A stretch of DNA of 48,503 bases from Maribacter sp. (GTDB taxonomy: Bacteria > Bacteroidota > Bacteroidia > Flavobacteriales > Flavobacteriaceae). Position 1 is the first letter of the stretch. Each line of letters opens with the position of its first letter. Under the pieces are notes generated by a model. The model saw nothing but the letters and a program-made list of their open reading frames with translations. It ran no database searches and was not told where the DNA came from. The DNA is taken from the NCBI GenBank assembly GCA_049668005.1, contig JBATIW010000066.1, positions 1 to 48,503 of the forward strand. The letters run 5' to 3'. Below, piece after piece: positions 30,534-40,510 of this stretch. Made by a program: the position numbers and the translations under genes.

Positions 30534-31742
30534 TTGATAAAGCTTAAAAATCATATCACCCTTTCTTTAGGCTATTTTATAATAGCCGCAATTCTTGGAG
30601 TGGTGTTGCGGTCGTTTCATGCTATTGAAATCCCCGTCAACTATAAATTTATTGTTCATACACATTCGCATATTGCGCTTTTGGGCTGGGTTTATATGGG
30701 GCTCACCACACTGTTATACAAGTTGTTCCTCGAAGAGCAGGAACTTGCCCTTAGATATCGTCGTATTTTTTGGTTTACACAGTTTACACTTGTGGGGATG
30801 TTACTGACATTTCCTTTTCAAGGATATGCCTTTTTATCTATCATTTTCTCAACGCTGTTTTTGATTGCTTCGTATTGGTTTGCAGGTTTTTTCATTAGAA
30901 ATGTTCCTGCTTCATACAAAAAAACCCAATCTTTTATATGTGTGAAGTTCGCTTTGTGGTATATGGTGCTATCTAGTTTAGGACCTTGGGCTTTAGGGGC
31001 AATAATGAATACTTTAGGGGCGGAGTCTATATGGTATCGATTGTCAATTTATTTCTACCTACATTTTCAATACAACGGGTGGATGATTCTCGGTCTTTTA
31101 GGAGTATTTATTTATATTTTGAAACGGATTGGAATAAAGATTCCAAAAGCAACCTTCAATCGCTTCTTTTGGTCGATTAATTTGGGCATAGTGTTATCAT
31201 TTTTCCTCTCTACTTTATGGGTTAAGCCCCATATTATATTATTTTTTGTAGGAGGCCTAGGGGCACTACTCCAAATAATGGCCTTTGGGATGCTGTTACT
31301 GTTGGGTATAAAATGTAAGGAAAAATTGTTTCATGCACTTACGCCCCTTCAAAGGAATATGCTGTTTATGGTTATTGTCCTTGTTGGGATTAAAATACTG
31401 CTACAGCTATTGACAGCTATCCCTTATTTTGCAGCCATGGCGGCTTCAATAACCGACTTGACTATTGGATATTTGCACTGGACTTTTTTAGGTGTCGTAA
31501 CCATTGGGCTACTATTATTTTTAAACTATTTTAAGTTACTTCAATTGTCCAGCAGGGCATACTATTTATATCTGTTAGGGTTTTTTTTGACTGAAACCTT
31601 GATTTTCACGAAAGGCATAATTGCCTGGCAAAGACTATCATTGTTCAATGGTTATTTTGAGGCCCTTGCAATCTCAAGTTTCCTGATTCCCCTAGCTCTA
31701 GTGTTTTTATTGGTTACGAACCAGAAGCGAAGTGTGGATTAA
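30534..31742 (+). CDS. Uncharacterised polytopic membrane protein with His motifs
   Basis: About 12 TM segments with HTHSHIALLGW, YLHFQYNGW and YLHWTFLG; TTG start. Confidence 0.8.
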   Translation: MIKLKNHITLSLGYFIIAAILGVVLRSFHAIEIPVNYKFIVHTHSHIALLGWVYMGLTTLLYKLFLEEQELALRYRRIFWFTQFTLVGMLLTFPFQGYAFLSIIFSTLFLIASYWFAGFFIRNVPASYKKTQSFICVKFALWYMVLSSLGPWALGAIMNTLGAESIWYRLSIYFYLHFQYNGWMILGLLGVFIYILKRIGIKIPKATFNRFFWSINLGIVLSFFLSTLWVKPHIILFFVGGLGALLQIMAFGMLLLLGIKCKEKLFHALTPLQRNMLFMVIVLVGIKILLQLLTAIPYFAAMAASITDLTIGYLHWTFLGVVTIGLLLFLNYFKLLQLSSRAYYLYLLGFFLTETLIFTKGIIAWQRLSLFNGYFEALAISSFLIPLALVFLLVTNQKRSVD

Positions 31743-31749
31743 TTAAATA

Positions 31750-32142
31750 TCATTTCTGCCTATTTTCATACATTTTCATATAAAGCATGGTCGACATTTT
31801 TTGAGCGCGGTTTTTTGCGATCCATGTGGTTTCTCCCTCAAATAATTCATCGATGGTCGCGAACCAAAGGTTGAGCCATAGGCCAAAATGCTCGGGATTA
31901 ATAGCGTGTTTCATTTTTTCATCAACTTCTTGATGTGCAGTTACAGGGTTTCCGTAATATTTTCGTTTTAGGAACAATTGGGTTTCCCAGAAATCAGTCA
32001 ACAAAACCAAATGACTTTCCCAATCGTTTATTATACCGTTGAAAATGGGACCTAGAATCTCGTCTTTTCTTATTTTTTCGTAGAAGGTGTTTACCAGTAA
32101 GGAAACGTCTTTTCTATTTTTTATGTCTGTTTTTGTAGTCAT
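31750..32142 (-). CDS. Group III truncated hemoglobin
   Basis: LVNTFYEKIRKD.ILGPIF, W..H...L.DFW, HF..WL.LW..T.DE.F.G. ATG 32142 is preferred. Confidence 0.92.
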   Translation of the reverse strand: MTTKTDIKNRKDVSLLVNTFYEKIRKDEILGPIFNGIINDWESHLVLLTDFWETQLFLKRKYYGNPVTAHQEVDEKMKHAINPEHFGLWLNLWFATIDELFEGETTWIAKNRAQKMSTMLYMKMYENRQK

Positions 32143-32215
32143 ATGTTCCAAGGGTAAAATGTATTTAATAAAGCTATTCTGATTCAGACATTAATACTTC
32201 AATCATGAATTCTGG

Positions 32216-33337
32216 CTACGTTAATTTTTTATAGCTCATAACTGCCAATCCGTTCATTATCAGTGCGTATGCCAATGTTTTGAGGAATTGTGGGTAAATA
32301 TCCGAAAGTCCGGCGCCTTTGAGCATAACCATTCGCATAACCTGCACAAAATATTTGATCGGATTGAACTCGGTCAATACCTGTGCCCACTGTGGCATAC
32401 TTTCAATTGGTGTGAACAAGCCACTCATCAAAATAAAGATAACCATAAAGAACCAAGCGATGAACATGGCCTGCTGTTGCGTGTCGGTATAGTTTGAGAT
32501 AAGTAGGCCAATACCCAAAATGACCAATATATAAACAGTGGTATACCCATACATTAGACCAATACTTCCTACAATTGGGATACTGAACAATAGCTTTGCA
32601 ATGATCAAGCCCACGGTGAGCAAAACGAGCCCTAATATTAAAAACGGAAATAGTTTACCAATGATGAAGTGGTGTTTTTTGATTGGTGTTACATTGATTT
32701 GCTCCAAAGTACCGATTTCTTTTTCACGCACCACGTTCATACCTGAAAGAAATAGGGTAATCATGGTAACCAATAAGACCAGGATGCCAGGAACCATAAA
32801 AGTCTTGTAGTTCAGCGTCTCATTGTACCAAAACAAAGGTATTGTTTCTATGCTTTGGGGTCGAAATTCTGGGTTGTCGCCCATCATTAATGCCACTTGG
32901 GCCTTTTTGTTGAATTGTTGAATGATTTGATTTACATATACATTTTCAACTCCTGCGGCAGCACCATCAATGGCATTGATCGTAAGTGACAAATCCGTTT
33001 TTTTATCCTTGACCAAATTACGTTCAAAATACTGGGGAATTTCCAAGACTACATCCACTTTTCCCTTCAGCATTGCCAAACTGGCAATTTTAGTGGAAGG
33101 AAAATCTGTAAGAACATTAAAATAGGTAGACGCATCGAATTTTTCAATCAACTCGCGTGAAAAGGAGGTCTTGTCGTTGTCTATATAACCGAACTTAATA
33201 TTCTTCACCTCAAAAGTGGCAGCATTAGATAAAATAATCAATTGCACCATTGGCAATACAAAAATGATGGGCAGCATCGCCTTATTTCTGAATATCTGCC
33301 TAAATTCCTTTTGGACTATATATCGAATGATGTTCAT
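32216..33337 (-). CDS. ABC-2 type exporter permease (YbhR-like)
   Basis: KEFRQIFR, VREKEIGTLEQ..VTP and LMSG.FTP. Confidence 0.9.
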   Translation of the reverse strand: MNIIRYIVQKEFRQIFRNKAMLPIIFVLPMVQLIILSNAATFEVKNIKFGYIDNDKTSFSRELIEKFDASTYFNVLTDFPSTKIASLAMLKGKVDVVLEIPQYFERNLVKDKKTDLSLTINAIDGAAAGVENVYVNQIIQQFNKKAQVALMMGDNPEFRPQSIETIPLFWYNETLNYKTFMVPGILVLLVTMITLFLSGMNVVREKEIGTLEQINVTPIKKHHFIIGKLFPFLILGLVLLTVGLIIAKLLFSIPIVGSIGLMYGYTTVYILVILGIGLLISNYTDTQQQAMFIAWFFMVIFILMSGLFTPIESMPQWAQVLTEFNPIKYFVQVMRMVMLKGAGLSDIYPQFLKTLAYALIMNGLAVMSYKKLT

Positions 33338-34443
33338 TACTCCAATCTAATTTTATATTTCTTCACACTCAAGACTATAAAGAACGAGGTCATTACTCGC
33401 AAAATCAGGGTTTCCTTCCATACATAAGCCAAGCCCACCCCTTTAAGCATGATTCCTTTTATTATGATGATGAACCATTTAGCTGGTATAATGTTGCTTA
33501 TGTACTGCAGGATCATGGGCATACTACTAATGGGAAATATAAAGCCTGATAAAAGAATCACGGGTAGCATCAATCCCATTAATGAAACCATCATGGCAGT
33601 CTGTTGGGAGGCAGCAACTGTTGAAATTAATATACCTAATGAAAGGGCATTGATAATGAATAAAATGCTTTCTGCTCCCAATAAAAACATACTGCCCTGA
33701 ACAGGCATTTTAAAAACAAAAATGCTTAATACTATGATTACCACTGCATTTATAACTGATAAAAAGATATAAGGCACCACTTTGCCCACAATAACCAGAA
33801 AAGGTTTTAAAGGGGAAACCAATAAGATTTCCATAGTGCCCAATTCCTTTTCACGAGTTATTGATATTGAGGTCATCATGGCCGAGACCAGCATTAAAAT
33901 AACGGTCATTACTCCTGGCACAAACATAAAAACACTTTTTAGTTCGGGATTATAGGCCAAACGTGTTTTAGGTACAATTTGATAAGACAACTCAATATCT
34001 TTATTGATGTCTTGCTGGTAGTTCTTTAAAATGGAACTAGAGTAATTGCTAATAGTGTTGGCTGTATTGGGGTCGGTGGCATCGGTAAGGATTTGTATGG
34101 TCGCCTTTTTCCCAATAACCAATTTTTTGCTGAAATCCTTTTCAAAATTCAACACAGCTTTAATTTGACCTTTTTTGAAAGCGGTTTCTATCGCAGCTTC
34201 ATTATCTATAAACTGTTTGATACTGAAATATTTCGAGGCCGCTATTTTATTGATAATTTCCTTTGTCGTGGCATCTTTGGAATGGTCCAATATGGCAATG
34301 TCTACATTATTGATTTCATTCGTAATCGCAAAACCAAATAGTAAGACCTGGGCAATTGGCATTCCAAATAGGATGAACAGGGAGCGTCTGTCCCTAAAAA
34401 TATGGTAAAACTCTTTTTTTATGAATCCAATAAATCGTTTCAT
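33337..34443 (-). CDS. ABC-2 type exporter permease (YbhS-like)
   Basis: KEFYHIFRD, TREKELGTME.LLVSP and LSGFIFP. Confidence 0.9.
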   Translation of the reverse strand: MKRFIGFIKKEFYHIFRDRRSLFILFGMPIAQVLLFGFAITNEINNVDIAILDHSKDATTKEIINKIAASKYFSIKQFIDNEAAIETAFKKGQIKAVLNFEKDFSKKLVIGKKATIQILTDATDPNTANTISNYSSSILKNYQQDINKDIELSYQIVPKTRLAYNPELKSVFMFVPGVMTVILMLVSAMMTSISITREKELGTMEILLVSPLKPFLVIVGKVVPYIFLSVINAVVIIVLSIFVFKMPVQGSMFLLGAESILFIINALSLGILISTVAASQQTAMMVSLMGLMLPVILLSGFIFPISSMPMILQYISNIIPAKWFIIIIKGIMLKGVGLAYVWKETLILRVMTSFFIVLSVKKYKIRLE

Positions 34444-34453
34444 CGCATCATTT

Positions 34454-35188
34454 TTATTCTATGTTCCGGGCCAGTTTTAAGAAAACTTGGTTCATGGAGT
34501 CCACTTTGTAGTGTGATTTTAGATTCTTTGGTGTGTTCAAAGCCTCGATTCTACCCTCTACCATGATAGAAACCCGATCACAGTATTCGGCCTCATCCAT
34601 ATAATGGGTAGTAACGAATATGGTTTTTCCCTTATGGGCTTCCCGATAGATCATCTCCCAAAATTGTCGACGAGTAATTGGGTCTACACCCCCAGTTGGC
34701 TCATCCAAAAAAATGATTTGGGGATTATGCAATAGTGATACGGAAAAAGCTACTTTCTGTTTCCATCCAAGCGGTAGTGCCCCGACCAATTTATTTGCCT
34801 CGTCATGAAGACCCAATTCATCAATTAGTAATAGGGTCTTTTCTTTGATGACCGATTTTTTAAGTCCGTAGATTCCACCAAAAAAAGTAATGTTCTCCTT
34901 TATGGTCAGGTCGTTGTAAAGAGAAAAGCGTTGACTCATATAGCCTATGCTTTTCTTTACATCCTCTGCATTCGATTTCACGTCAAACCCAGCCACCTGT
35001 GCACTACCAGATGTTGGTTTTAGTATACCAATAAGCATTTTCATTGCCGTGGTCTTTCCGGCCCCATTGGCCCCCAAAAACCCAAAAACTTCACCTTTGC
35101 CCACTGAAAAAGAAATGTTGTTGACCGCAGTGAAATCGCCAAACATTTTGGTCAGGTTTTCAACTTGTATGGCATTTTCTTTCTTCAT
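34454..35188 (-). CDS. ABC ATP-binding protein (equivalent to the YbhF C-terminal half)
   Basis: GANGAGKTT, degenerate signature LPLGWKQ, LDEPTGGVDP and TTHYMDEAE. Confidence 0.92.
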   Translation of the reverse strand: MKKENAIQVENLTKMFGDFTAVNNISFSVGKGEVFGFLGANGAGKTTAMKMLIGILKPTSGSAQVAGFDVKSNAEDVKKSIGYMSQRFSLYNDLTIKENITFFGGIYGLKKSVIKEKTLLLIDELGLHDEANKLVGALPLGWKQKVAFSVSLLHNPQIIFLDEPTGGVDPITRRQFWEMIYREAHKGKTIFVTTHYMDEAEYCDRVSIMVEGRIEALNTPKNLKSHYKVDSMNQVFLKLARNIE

Positions 35189-36087
35189 TTTGACAATTCC
35201 ATAAATGTATCCTCAATCGTTGGTTCGGTTTTGAAGACTTCAATATCCATATGCTTTTTTGACGATAAAAAAGAAACTAAATATTCTTCTTTAAAGTCAT
35301 CTGAATTGCTTGTAAAATGCAGGTATTCTCCAAACGGATATGCACTATGGGTTTGGGGATAAACTCTTAGATCTTTTATCAATTGGTAGGTATCCGAAGT
35401 CTTTACTTTATAAATTTTCTTTGGAAAATATGAGATGATGGATTCTGGCGTATCGATTTGTAAAATTTTACCATCTGTTATTAAGGCTATTCGATCACAG
35501 AGTGCAGCCTCATCCATATAGGGTGTCGAAACAAGAATGGTGATATTTTTTTGCTGTAAACGTTTCAACATTTCCCAAAATTCCTTGCGGGAAACAGGAT
35601 CTACTCCTGTAGTTGGCTCATCTAAAAATAGTACTTTAGGTTTGTGAATCAACGCACAGGACAAAGCCAGTTTTTGTTTCATCCCTCCTGAAAGTTTTCC
35701 TGCTCGCCGGTCTTTAAAAGGTTCAATTTGAATATAAATATCTTTGATAAGATCGTAGTTCTCTTCTATCGTTGTTCCAAAAATAGTAGCAAAAAAATTC
35801 AGGTTTTCCTCCACCGTCAAATCTTGATAAAGCGAAAACCTGCCCGGCATGTAACCCACATGGCTCCGGATGGATTTGTAATCTTTGAATACATCATATC
35901 CAGCAACGTTAGCTTCTCCTTCATCTTGAATCAATAAGGTGGTCAGTATTCGGAACAAGGTGGTCTTACCTGCTCCATCAGGACCAATAAGCCCGAACAA
36001 TTCACCGGATTTTACATCAAAGGAAATTTGATCCAAGGCTTTTACCTTATTGTACGATTTGCTGATGTTACTGACGGTAATTGACAT
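35185..36087 (-). CDS. ABC ATP-binding protein (equivalent to the YbhF N-terminal half)
   Basis: GPDGAGKTT, LSGGMKQ, LDEPTTGVDP and STPYMDEA. ATG 36087 is preferred. Confidence 0.92.
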   Translation of the reverse strand: MSITVSNISKSYNKVKALDQISFDVKSGELFGLIGPDGAGKTTLFRILTTLLIQDEGEANVAGYDVFKDYKSIRSHVGYMPGRFSLYQDLTVEENLNFFATIFGTTIEENYDLIKDIYIQIEPFKDRRAGKLSGGMKQKLALSCALIHKPKVLFLDEPTTGVDPVSRKEFWEMLKRLQQKNITILVSTPYMDEAALCDRIALITDGKILQIDTPESIISYFPKKIYKVKTSDTYQLIKDLRVYPQTHSAYPFGEYLHFTSNSDDFKEEYLVSFLSSKKHMDIEVFKTEPTIEDTFMELSK

Positions 36088-36100
36088 ATTGGTTTTGTAC

Positions 36101-36997
36101 TTATTCGTTGTTATTGGCAATCCACATCTCAGCCGGCATTCCTATTTTTAAACTGCCATCGTTCTTCACCAAAACTTTTACAGCATAGACCAAATTAACG
36201 CGCTCTTCTTTGGTTTGGATAATTTTCGGGGTGAACTCTGCAGTTTCTGAAACCCACGTTACTGTGCCTTTATACGATTTCATTTGTTCATTGGAATCGA
36301 TTTTGACAGAAACTTCTTGACCCACTTTGATCGATGCCAATTGCGTCTCGCTGATATAGACCCTTAAGGTCATTTCATCCAAATCGGCAATCTTGTACAA
36401 GGGCTTGCCGAAGGCGGTTATCTCATTGGGTTCGGCATATTTTACAAGAACAGTTCCCTTTACAGGGTTTTTGATGATGCTTTTTTCAATTTGATCCTCA
36501 ATTTGTTGGATTTGTATCTCTATGTTCTTAACCTCATTCACGATAGGGGCATTCTGCGTTTCCACACTTTTCATTTGTTGTTTTAATATATCGACATGAC
36601 CATTAATATCATCTAATTGTTTCAACGTTGCTGCGTCTTCTTTAATCAAGTTCTTAATTCTTTTCTGGTCGTTTTCGGCCACTTTTAGCTGTTCTTTTAA
36701 TACTTCTCGTTGCGAGAGGACATTTCGGGATTTAGAAAAGACTGTATTCTTTGCAGCCAGTAATTGGTTCCGTTTTAAGGATAGTTGCACGGTATCTATT
36801 ATCCCGACAATGGCATTTTTTTCAAGCATATTCCCTTCTTCAGCACCCAAAGACCAAAGCTTACCATTTGCCTCGGATGAAATTGTGGTTTCAGTGGCTT
36901 CAAAGTTGCCGTAGCCGTCTGCCTTTTCATCATTACCGTTACATGAAATCAAGGTGATGAATATAAATGTGCTTATGATTGTTTCTAATTTTTTCAT
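36101..36997 (-). CDS. HlyD-family membrane fusion lipoprotein
   Basis: LISC lipobox, YGNFEA, coiled coil, AEFTPK.IQT.EER and LKIGMP. Confidence 0.92.
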   Translation of the reverse strand: MKKLETIISTFIFITLISCNGNDEKADGYGNFEATETTISSEANGKLWSLGAEEGNMLEKNAIVGIIDTVQLSLKRNQLLAAKNTVFSKSRNVLSQREVLKEQLKVAENDQKRIKNLIKEDAATLKQLDDINGHVDILKQQMKSVETQNAPIVNEVKNIEIQIQQIEDQIEKSIIKNPVKGTVLVKYAEPNEITAFGKPLYKIADLDEMTLRVYISETQLASIKVGQEVSVKIDSNEQMKSYKGTVTWVSETAEFTPKIIQTKEERVNLVYAVKVLVKNDGSLKIGMPAEMWIANNNE

Positions 36998-37026
36998 CGT
37001 TTTAGGCTGTTTTAATAGTATTGGAA

Positions 37027-38319
37027 TTAGTTCTTTCTATAAGTTCCTTTTGTAATTTGATATTGAATTTGATTCAACAATAATTGCGTTTTGTGTAGGT
37101 TGAGATTGCTTTTGGCCTCAAATAAATCGGTAAATTCCGAGATAAATGCCGAAGAGGTAATCACCCCGTTTTTTAATTGTGATTCGGCGGTCTTTACCAT
37201 ATTTTCACGGAGGGAAATGATTGCCTCATCAAATACAATCAGCTCTTGAAACTTATCAATTTCAGTTTGTAGCTCAATAAGTTCAAGATTGTTGTTGAGT
37301 TCGAAAGTCTCTTTTTGGGTATTGATAATTTCTTTATTGATTTGGAGGGATAGCTTTTCGGTCTTGGTTTTATTCCAATCGAAAATATTCCAATTCAGTC
37401 GCAGCCCTGTCATATAATAAGTTTTGAAGGAGTTGTCTAGCATATTCAGTCCTGGATTACCATAGCCTCCTTGTGCAAAGCCACTTATTTTTGGACTGTT
37501 TGTTTTAGTAAGTAATTCGGTAGAAAAATTGATTTGTTCTTTTTGGAGCTCGAAAAGCAGAAGTTCGGGTCTGTCTGCTTCCTTTGGAGGTGTTATGAAA
37601 ACCTTTGTCTGTTGCAAAGTCACATCTATATTCAATTCTCTGCCAATCAATAGTGACAACCTTTGAATTAAATTCGATTTGGAATAATCCAATTCCGAAT
37701 AATTTTGTTTTATTTTTAGGAGTTCCACTTCAAGGGCATTGGCAGCAGAGGGCAAAAGGGTGCCGTATTTGACCGCTGCTTTAACTTCATTTATACGGGT
37801 TTGCAATTGTTTTTCCTTCGCTCCCAATAATGCCTTATTTTCTTGTAGAAGCAGCACGGAAAGATAGAGTTGGTTTACCTTGTTTTTCAATCCGTATAGG
37901 TTTATTTCTACCTGCTGTTGGTCAACTTTGGTTGTCGCTTCCTTTACTTTTGCAGAGGCATCAATGAGTCCGCCGTTGTAAATTGACTGGCTTATATCCA
38001 GTGTTGCCCTGTACTGGTCGTTATTAGGAGGCTCTACGGTTGCATTTGGAATTTGAATCGGTAAACTTGTAACATCGGATTGATATGTGGCCTGGGCATT
38101 TATATCCAGTTTGGGCAATTTGCCCTTGTTTATTGCTTCAATATCCAGATTTGATTTATCCTGCAATAGATCGGATTGTTTTACCAGGGGATAATTCTTT
38201 GTAACCATTTCAAAGCATTCATCTAGGGTGAGTGTTTGTTGTGCTACAATGGTTAAAGGTATGACCAGAAAGAGCAATAGGCTTATTATTTTTAGGCTAT
38301 GGTTTTTTGAATTTTCCAT
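37027..38319 (-). CDS. TolC-family outer membrane protein
   Basis: Signal peptide, LPKLD..AQATYQS and G.RLNWNIFD; efflux operon context. Confidence 0.88.
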   Translation of the reverse strand: MENSKNHSLKIISLLLFLVIPLTIVAQQTLTLDECFEMVTKNYPLVKQSDLLQDKSNLDIEAINKGKLPKLDINAQATYQSDVTSLPIQIPNATVEPPNNDQYRATLDISQSIYNGGLIDASAKVKEATTKVDQQQVEINLYGLKNKVNQLYLSVLLLQENKALLGAKEKQLQTRINEVKAAVKYGTLLPSAANALEVELLKIKQNYSELDYSKSNLIQRLSLLIGRELNIDVTLQQTKVFITPPKEADRPELLLFELQKEQINFSTELLTKTNSPKISGFAQGGYGNPGLNMLDNSFKTYYMTGLRLNWNIFDWNKTKTEKLSLQINKEIINTQKETFELNNNLELIELQTEIDKFQELIVFDEAIISLRENMVKTAESQLKNGVITSSAFISEFTDLFEAKSNLNLHKTQLLLNQIQYQITKGTYRKN

Positions 38320-38356
38320 ATTTTTCGTCTTGTTTGTTCAATAATTAGGAATCCGA

Positions 38357-38959
38357 TCAGGCTTTAATACTATTTATAAGTTGTTCGGCAACCAATGTTT
38401 TCCGTTCTTCAATCATTTGTTGGAATTCAGTATCTGAAATATTCATTACGACCTTTATCATTACTTCTCCCACAAACGGAAAAATGGTGAGTGATAAAAG
38501 GTTTAACAACAATTGCTTGGGAGGTATTTCCTTAATATTTCCTGCTGTGATTTCTTCTTCTATCTGTTTTAAGAAAGGTCTTGGGTCTGGTTTGCCCCCA
38601 TGAGACATGAATTTCACTACAAATTCAGGATTGTTGTTCAGCTCCTGTATAATAAAGGCAGGCAAATATGGATTTTCAAGGATAAAATCAATATAGTTCG
38701 CAGTGAATTTTTTGATTTTTTCAAAAACACCATCCTTGGATGCAAATATGAGATTCAACTGAGGAGCCAATTTTTGAAAAGCCTGCATAAAGACGGCTTC
38801 GAACAACTGCTGCTTATTTCTGAAATAATAGTGCAGCATGGCTTTATTTATTTGGGCCTCATCCGCTATTTCCTGCATGCGTGCTCCTGCCATGCCCTTT
38901 TTTTGGAATATGGTTATTGCCGCATTTAAAATAATTGTTTCGGTTCCTGAATCTTTCAT
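38357..38959 (-). CDS. TetR/AcrR family regulator
   Basis: IFQKKG..GARMQEIADEA.INKAMLHYYFRNK helix-turn-helix. Confidence 0.95.
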   Translation of the reverse strand: MKDSGTETIILNAAITIFQKKGMAGARMQEIADEAQINKAMLHYYFRNKQQLFEAVFMQAFQKLAPQLNLIFASKDGVFEKIKKFTANYIDFILENPYLPAFIIQELNNNPEFVVKFMSHGGKPDPRPFLKQIEEEITAGNIKEIPPKQLLLNLLSLTIFPFVGEVMIKVVMNISDTEFQQMIEERKTLVAEQLINSIKA

Positions 38960-38995
38960 TAACTATATGGTTTAACCAAACGGTTAACAAATGTA
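38959..38995 (-). promoter_or_regulatory. tetR promoter (-7 TACATTTG) with tandem candidate TetR operators
   Basis: TTAACC-AAAC-GGTTAA at 38972-38987, imperfect TTAACT-ATAT-GGTTTA at 38959-38974, and CAAATGTA at 38988-38995. Confidence 0.72.
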
Positions 38996-38998
38996 AGT

Positions 38999-39053
38999 AA
39001 AAAATCCCATTCCCGTAAAAAATTAAAGAATTCTGCTATTGGGAATGGGGTTT
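38999..39053 (-). terminator. Probable terminator of the acetyl-CoA hydrolase gene
   Basis: CCCATTCCC (39006-39014) pairs with GGGAATGGG (39041-39049) around a long loop; a T-run follows on the minus strand. Confidence 0.55.
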
Positions 39054-39076
39054 AATAGTATTGGGTTATTATAAAC

Positions 39077-40360
39077 CTATCTTTCAAATCGCTCAAAGGC
39101 AGCTTTGCTAAGTGCTTCCCTATGGTCCGGATGCGCAATTGAGATTAAAGCTTTCGCACGTTCATGGAGGTTTTTACCAAATAGGCTCACAACACCATAT
39201 TCAGTAGCTACGTAATTAACATGTGCTCTTGTAGTAGTTACCCCTGCTCCTTCCCGCAAATGGGAGGTTATTTTTGACACCCCTTTACCCGTTTGCGAAG
39301 CTAAGGCAAAGATAGGTTTGCCTCCTTCAGAAAGCCTAGCACCTCGAATAAAGTCCATTTGACCACCTACTCCGGAAAAATGTCGATAACCAATACTGTC
39401 TGCACAGATTTGCCCTGTGAGGTCTATTTCAATAGCACTGTTGATCGCAGTAACTTTTGGATTTCTTTTGATTATTGCCGTGTCGTTAGTGTAGGCAGCT
39501 TCTTTGAATTGTACCAAAGGGTTATCATCAATAAAATCGTAGAGCTTTTGCGAACCGGCCGCAAAAGCGGTGACTATTTTTCTAATGTTCATGACTTTTT
39601 CCTCTCCGGTAACTATGCCTTTTTCTATTAAAGGCAGGAGACCGTCTGAAAACATCTCAGTATGTACGCCTAGTCTCTTGTGGTTTTGCAAATTGTTCAA
39701 TACGGCATTCGGAATATTACCGATACCTAATTGCAAAGTAGCGCCATCTTCAATAAGTTCTGCAACATATTTCCCAATAAGTTTATCATTTTCAGTCAAT
39801 TCTGACGGATTGTAGGTGTGTATGGGGTCATTTACATCAATGGCATAGTCAATATTACGAACATGAATTATACCATCGCCATGGGTTCTTGGTACATGTG
39901 GATTTACTTGGGCAATTACTTTTTTAGCCGTTTGAATAGCCGGCAACGTAACATCAACCGAGACCCCCAAGGAGCAATATCCGTGGCGATCGGGAGGGGA
40001 AACTTGAACAATGGCAACGTCAAGTGGCAAAATATTTCTTCTGAACAATAATCCAATCTCACTTAGAAAAATGGGGATATAATCCCCTTGATTGGTGTTA
40101 ACGGCCTTTCTCACATTGCCACCAACAAAGCAACTGTTGATTTTGAAAGCTTGACTGTAAGGGGGAATAGCATATTTTACTTCCCCATCTGTATGAATTG
40201 AAATAACCTCAACATTCTCAAGTTCTTTATAGCGTTGCTCACATAAGGCGTTGACCAATGTATTAGGAGTCATGGCGGCCCCTTGTACAAAAATACGGTC
40301 ACCGGATTTTACAATTGATATTGCTTCTTCAATTGAAACTTTTTTGAATGAATTGTCCAT
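39077..40360 (-). CDS. Acetyl-CoA hydrolase/transferase (4-hydroxybutyrate CoA-transferase-like)
   Basis: DGATLQLGIG.IP, GVHTEMFSDG, SGVGGQMDF, TEYG and IAHPDHR. Confidence 0.92.
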   Translation of the reverse strand: MDNSFKKVSIEEAISIVKSGDRIFVQGAAMTPNTLVNALCEQRYKELENVEVISIHTDGEVKYAIPPYSQAFKINSCFVGGNVRKAVNTNQGDYIPIFLSEIGLLFRRNILPLDVAIVQVSPPDRHGYCSLGVSVDVTLPAIQTAKKVIAQVNPHVPRTHGDGIIHVRNIDYAIDVNDPIHTYNPSELTENDKLIGKYVAELIEDGATLQLGIGNIPNAVLNNLQNHKRLGVHTEMFSDGLLPLIEKGIVTGEEKVMNIRKIVTAFAAGSQKLYDFIDDNPLVQFKEAAYTNDTAIIKRNPKVTAINSAIEIDLTGQICADSIGYRHFSGVGGQMDFIRGARLSEGGKPIFALASQTGKGVSKITSHLREGAGVTTTRAHVNYVATEYGVVSLFGKNLHERAKALISIAHPDHREALSKAAFERFER

Positions 40361-40510
40361 ATTGTTTTTTTAAAAATTAAAAATCCTATTCGGATATTGT
40401 TAAAATATTTTATTGACTTAGTACAAGCTCTATTCTGCATTTATCGCATGGTCAACTAAGAATACTATTCAAGCACTCTTGATAAATCAATAAATACGAA
40501 TTACAAAATT

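Noticed and set aside
40479..40490. TTGATAAATCAA as an FNR box
   Set aside because: The spacer is 2 bp rather than 4 bp, and no -7 element was found at the 23-bp spacing
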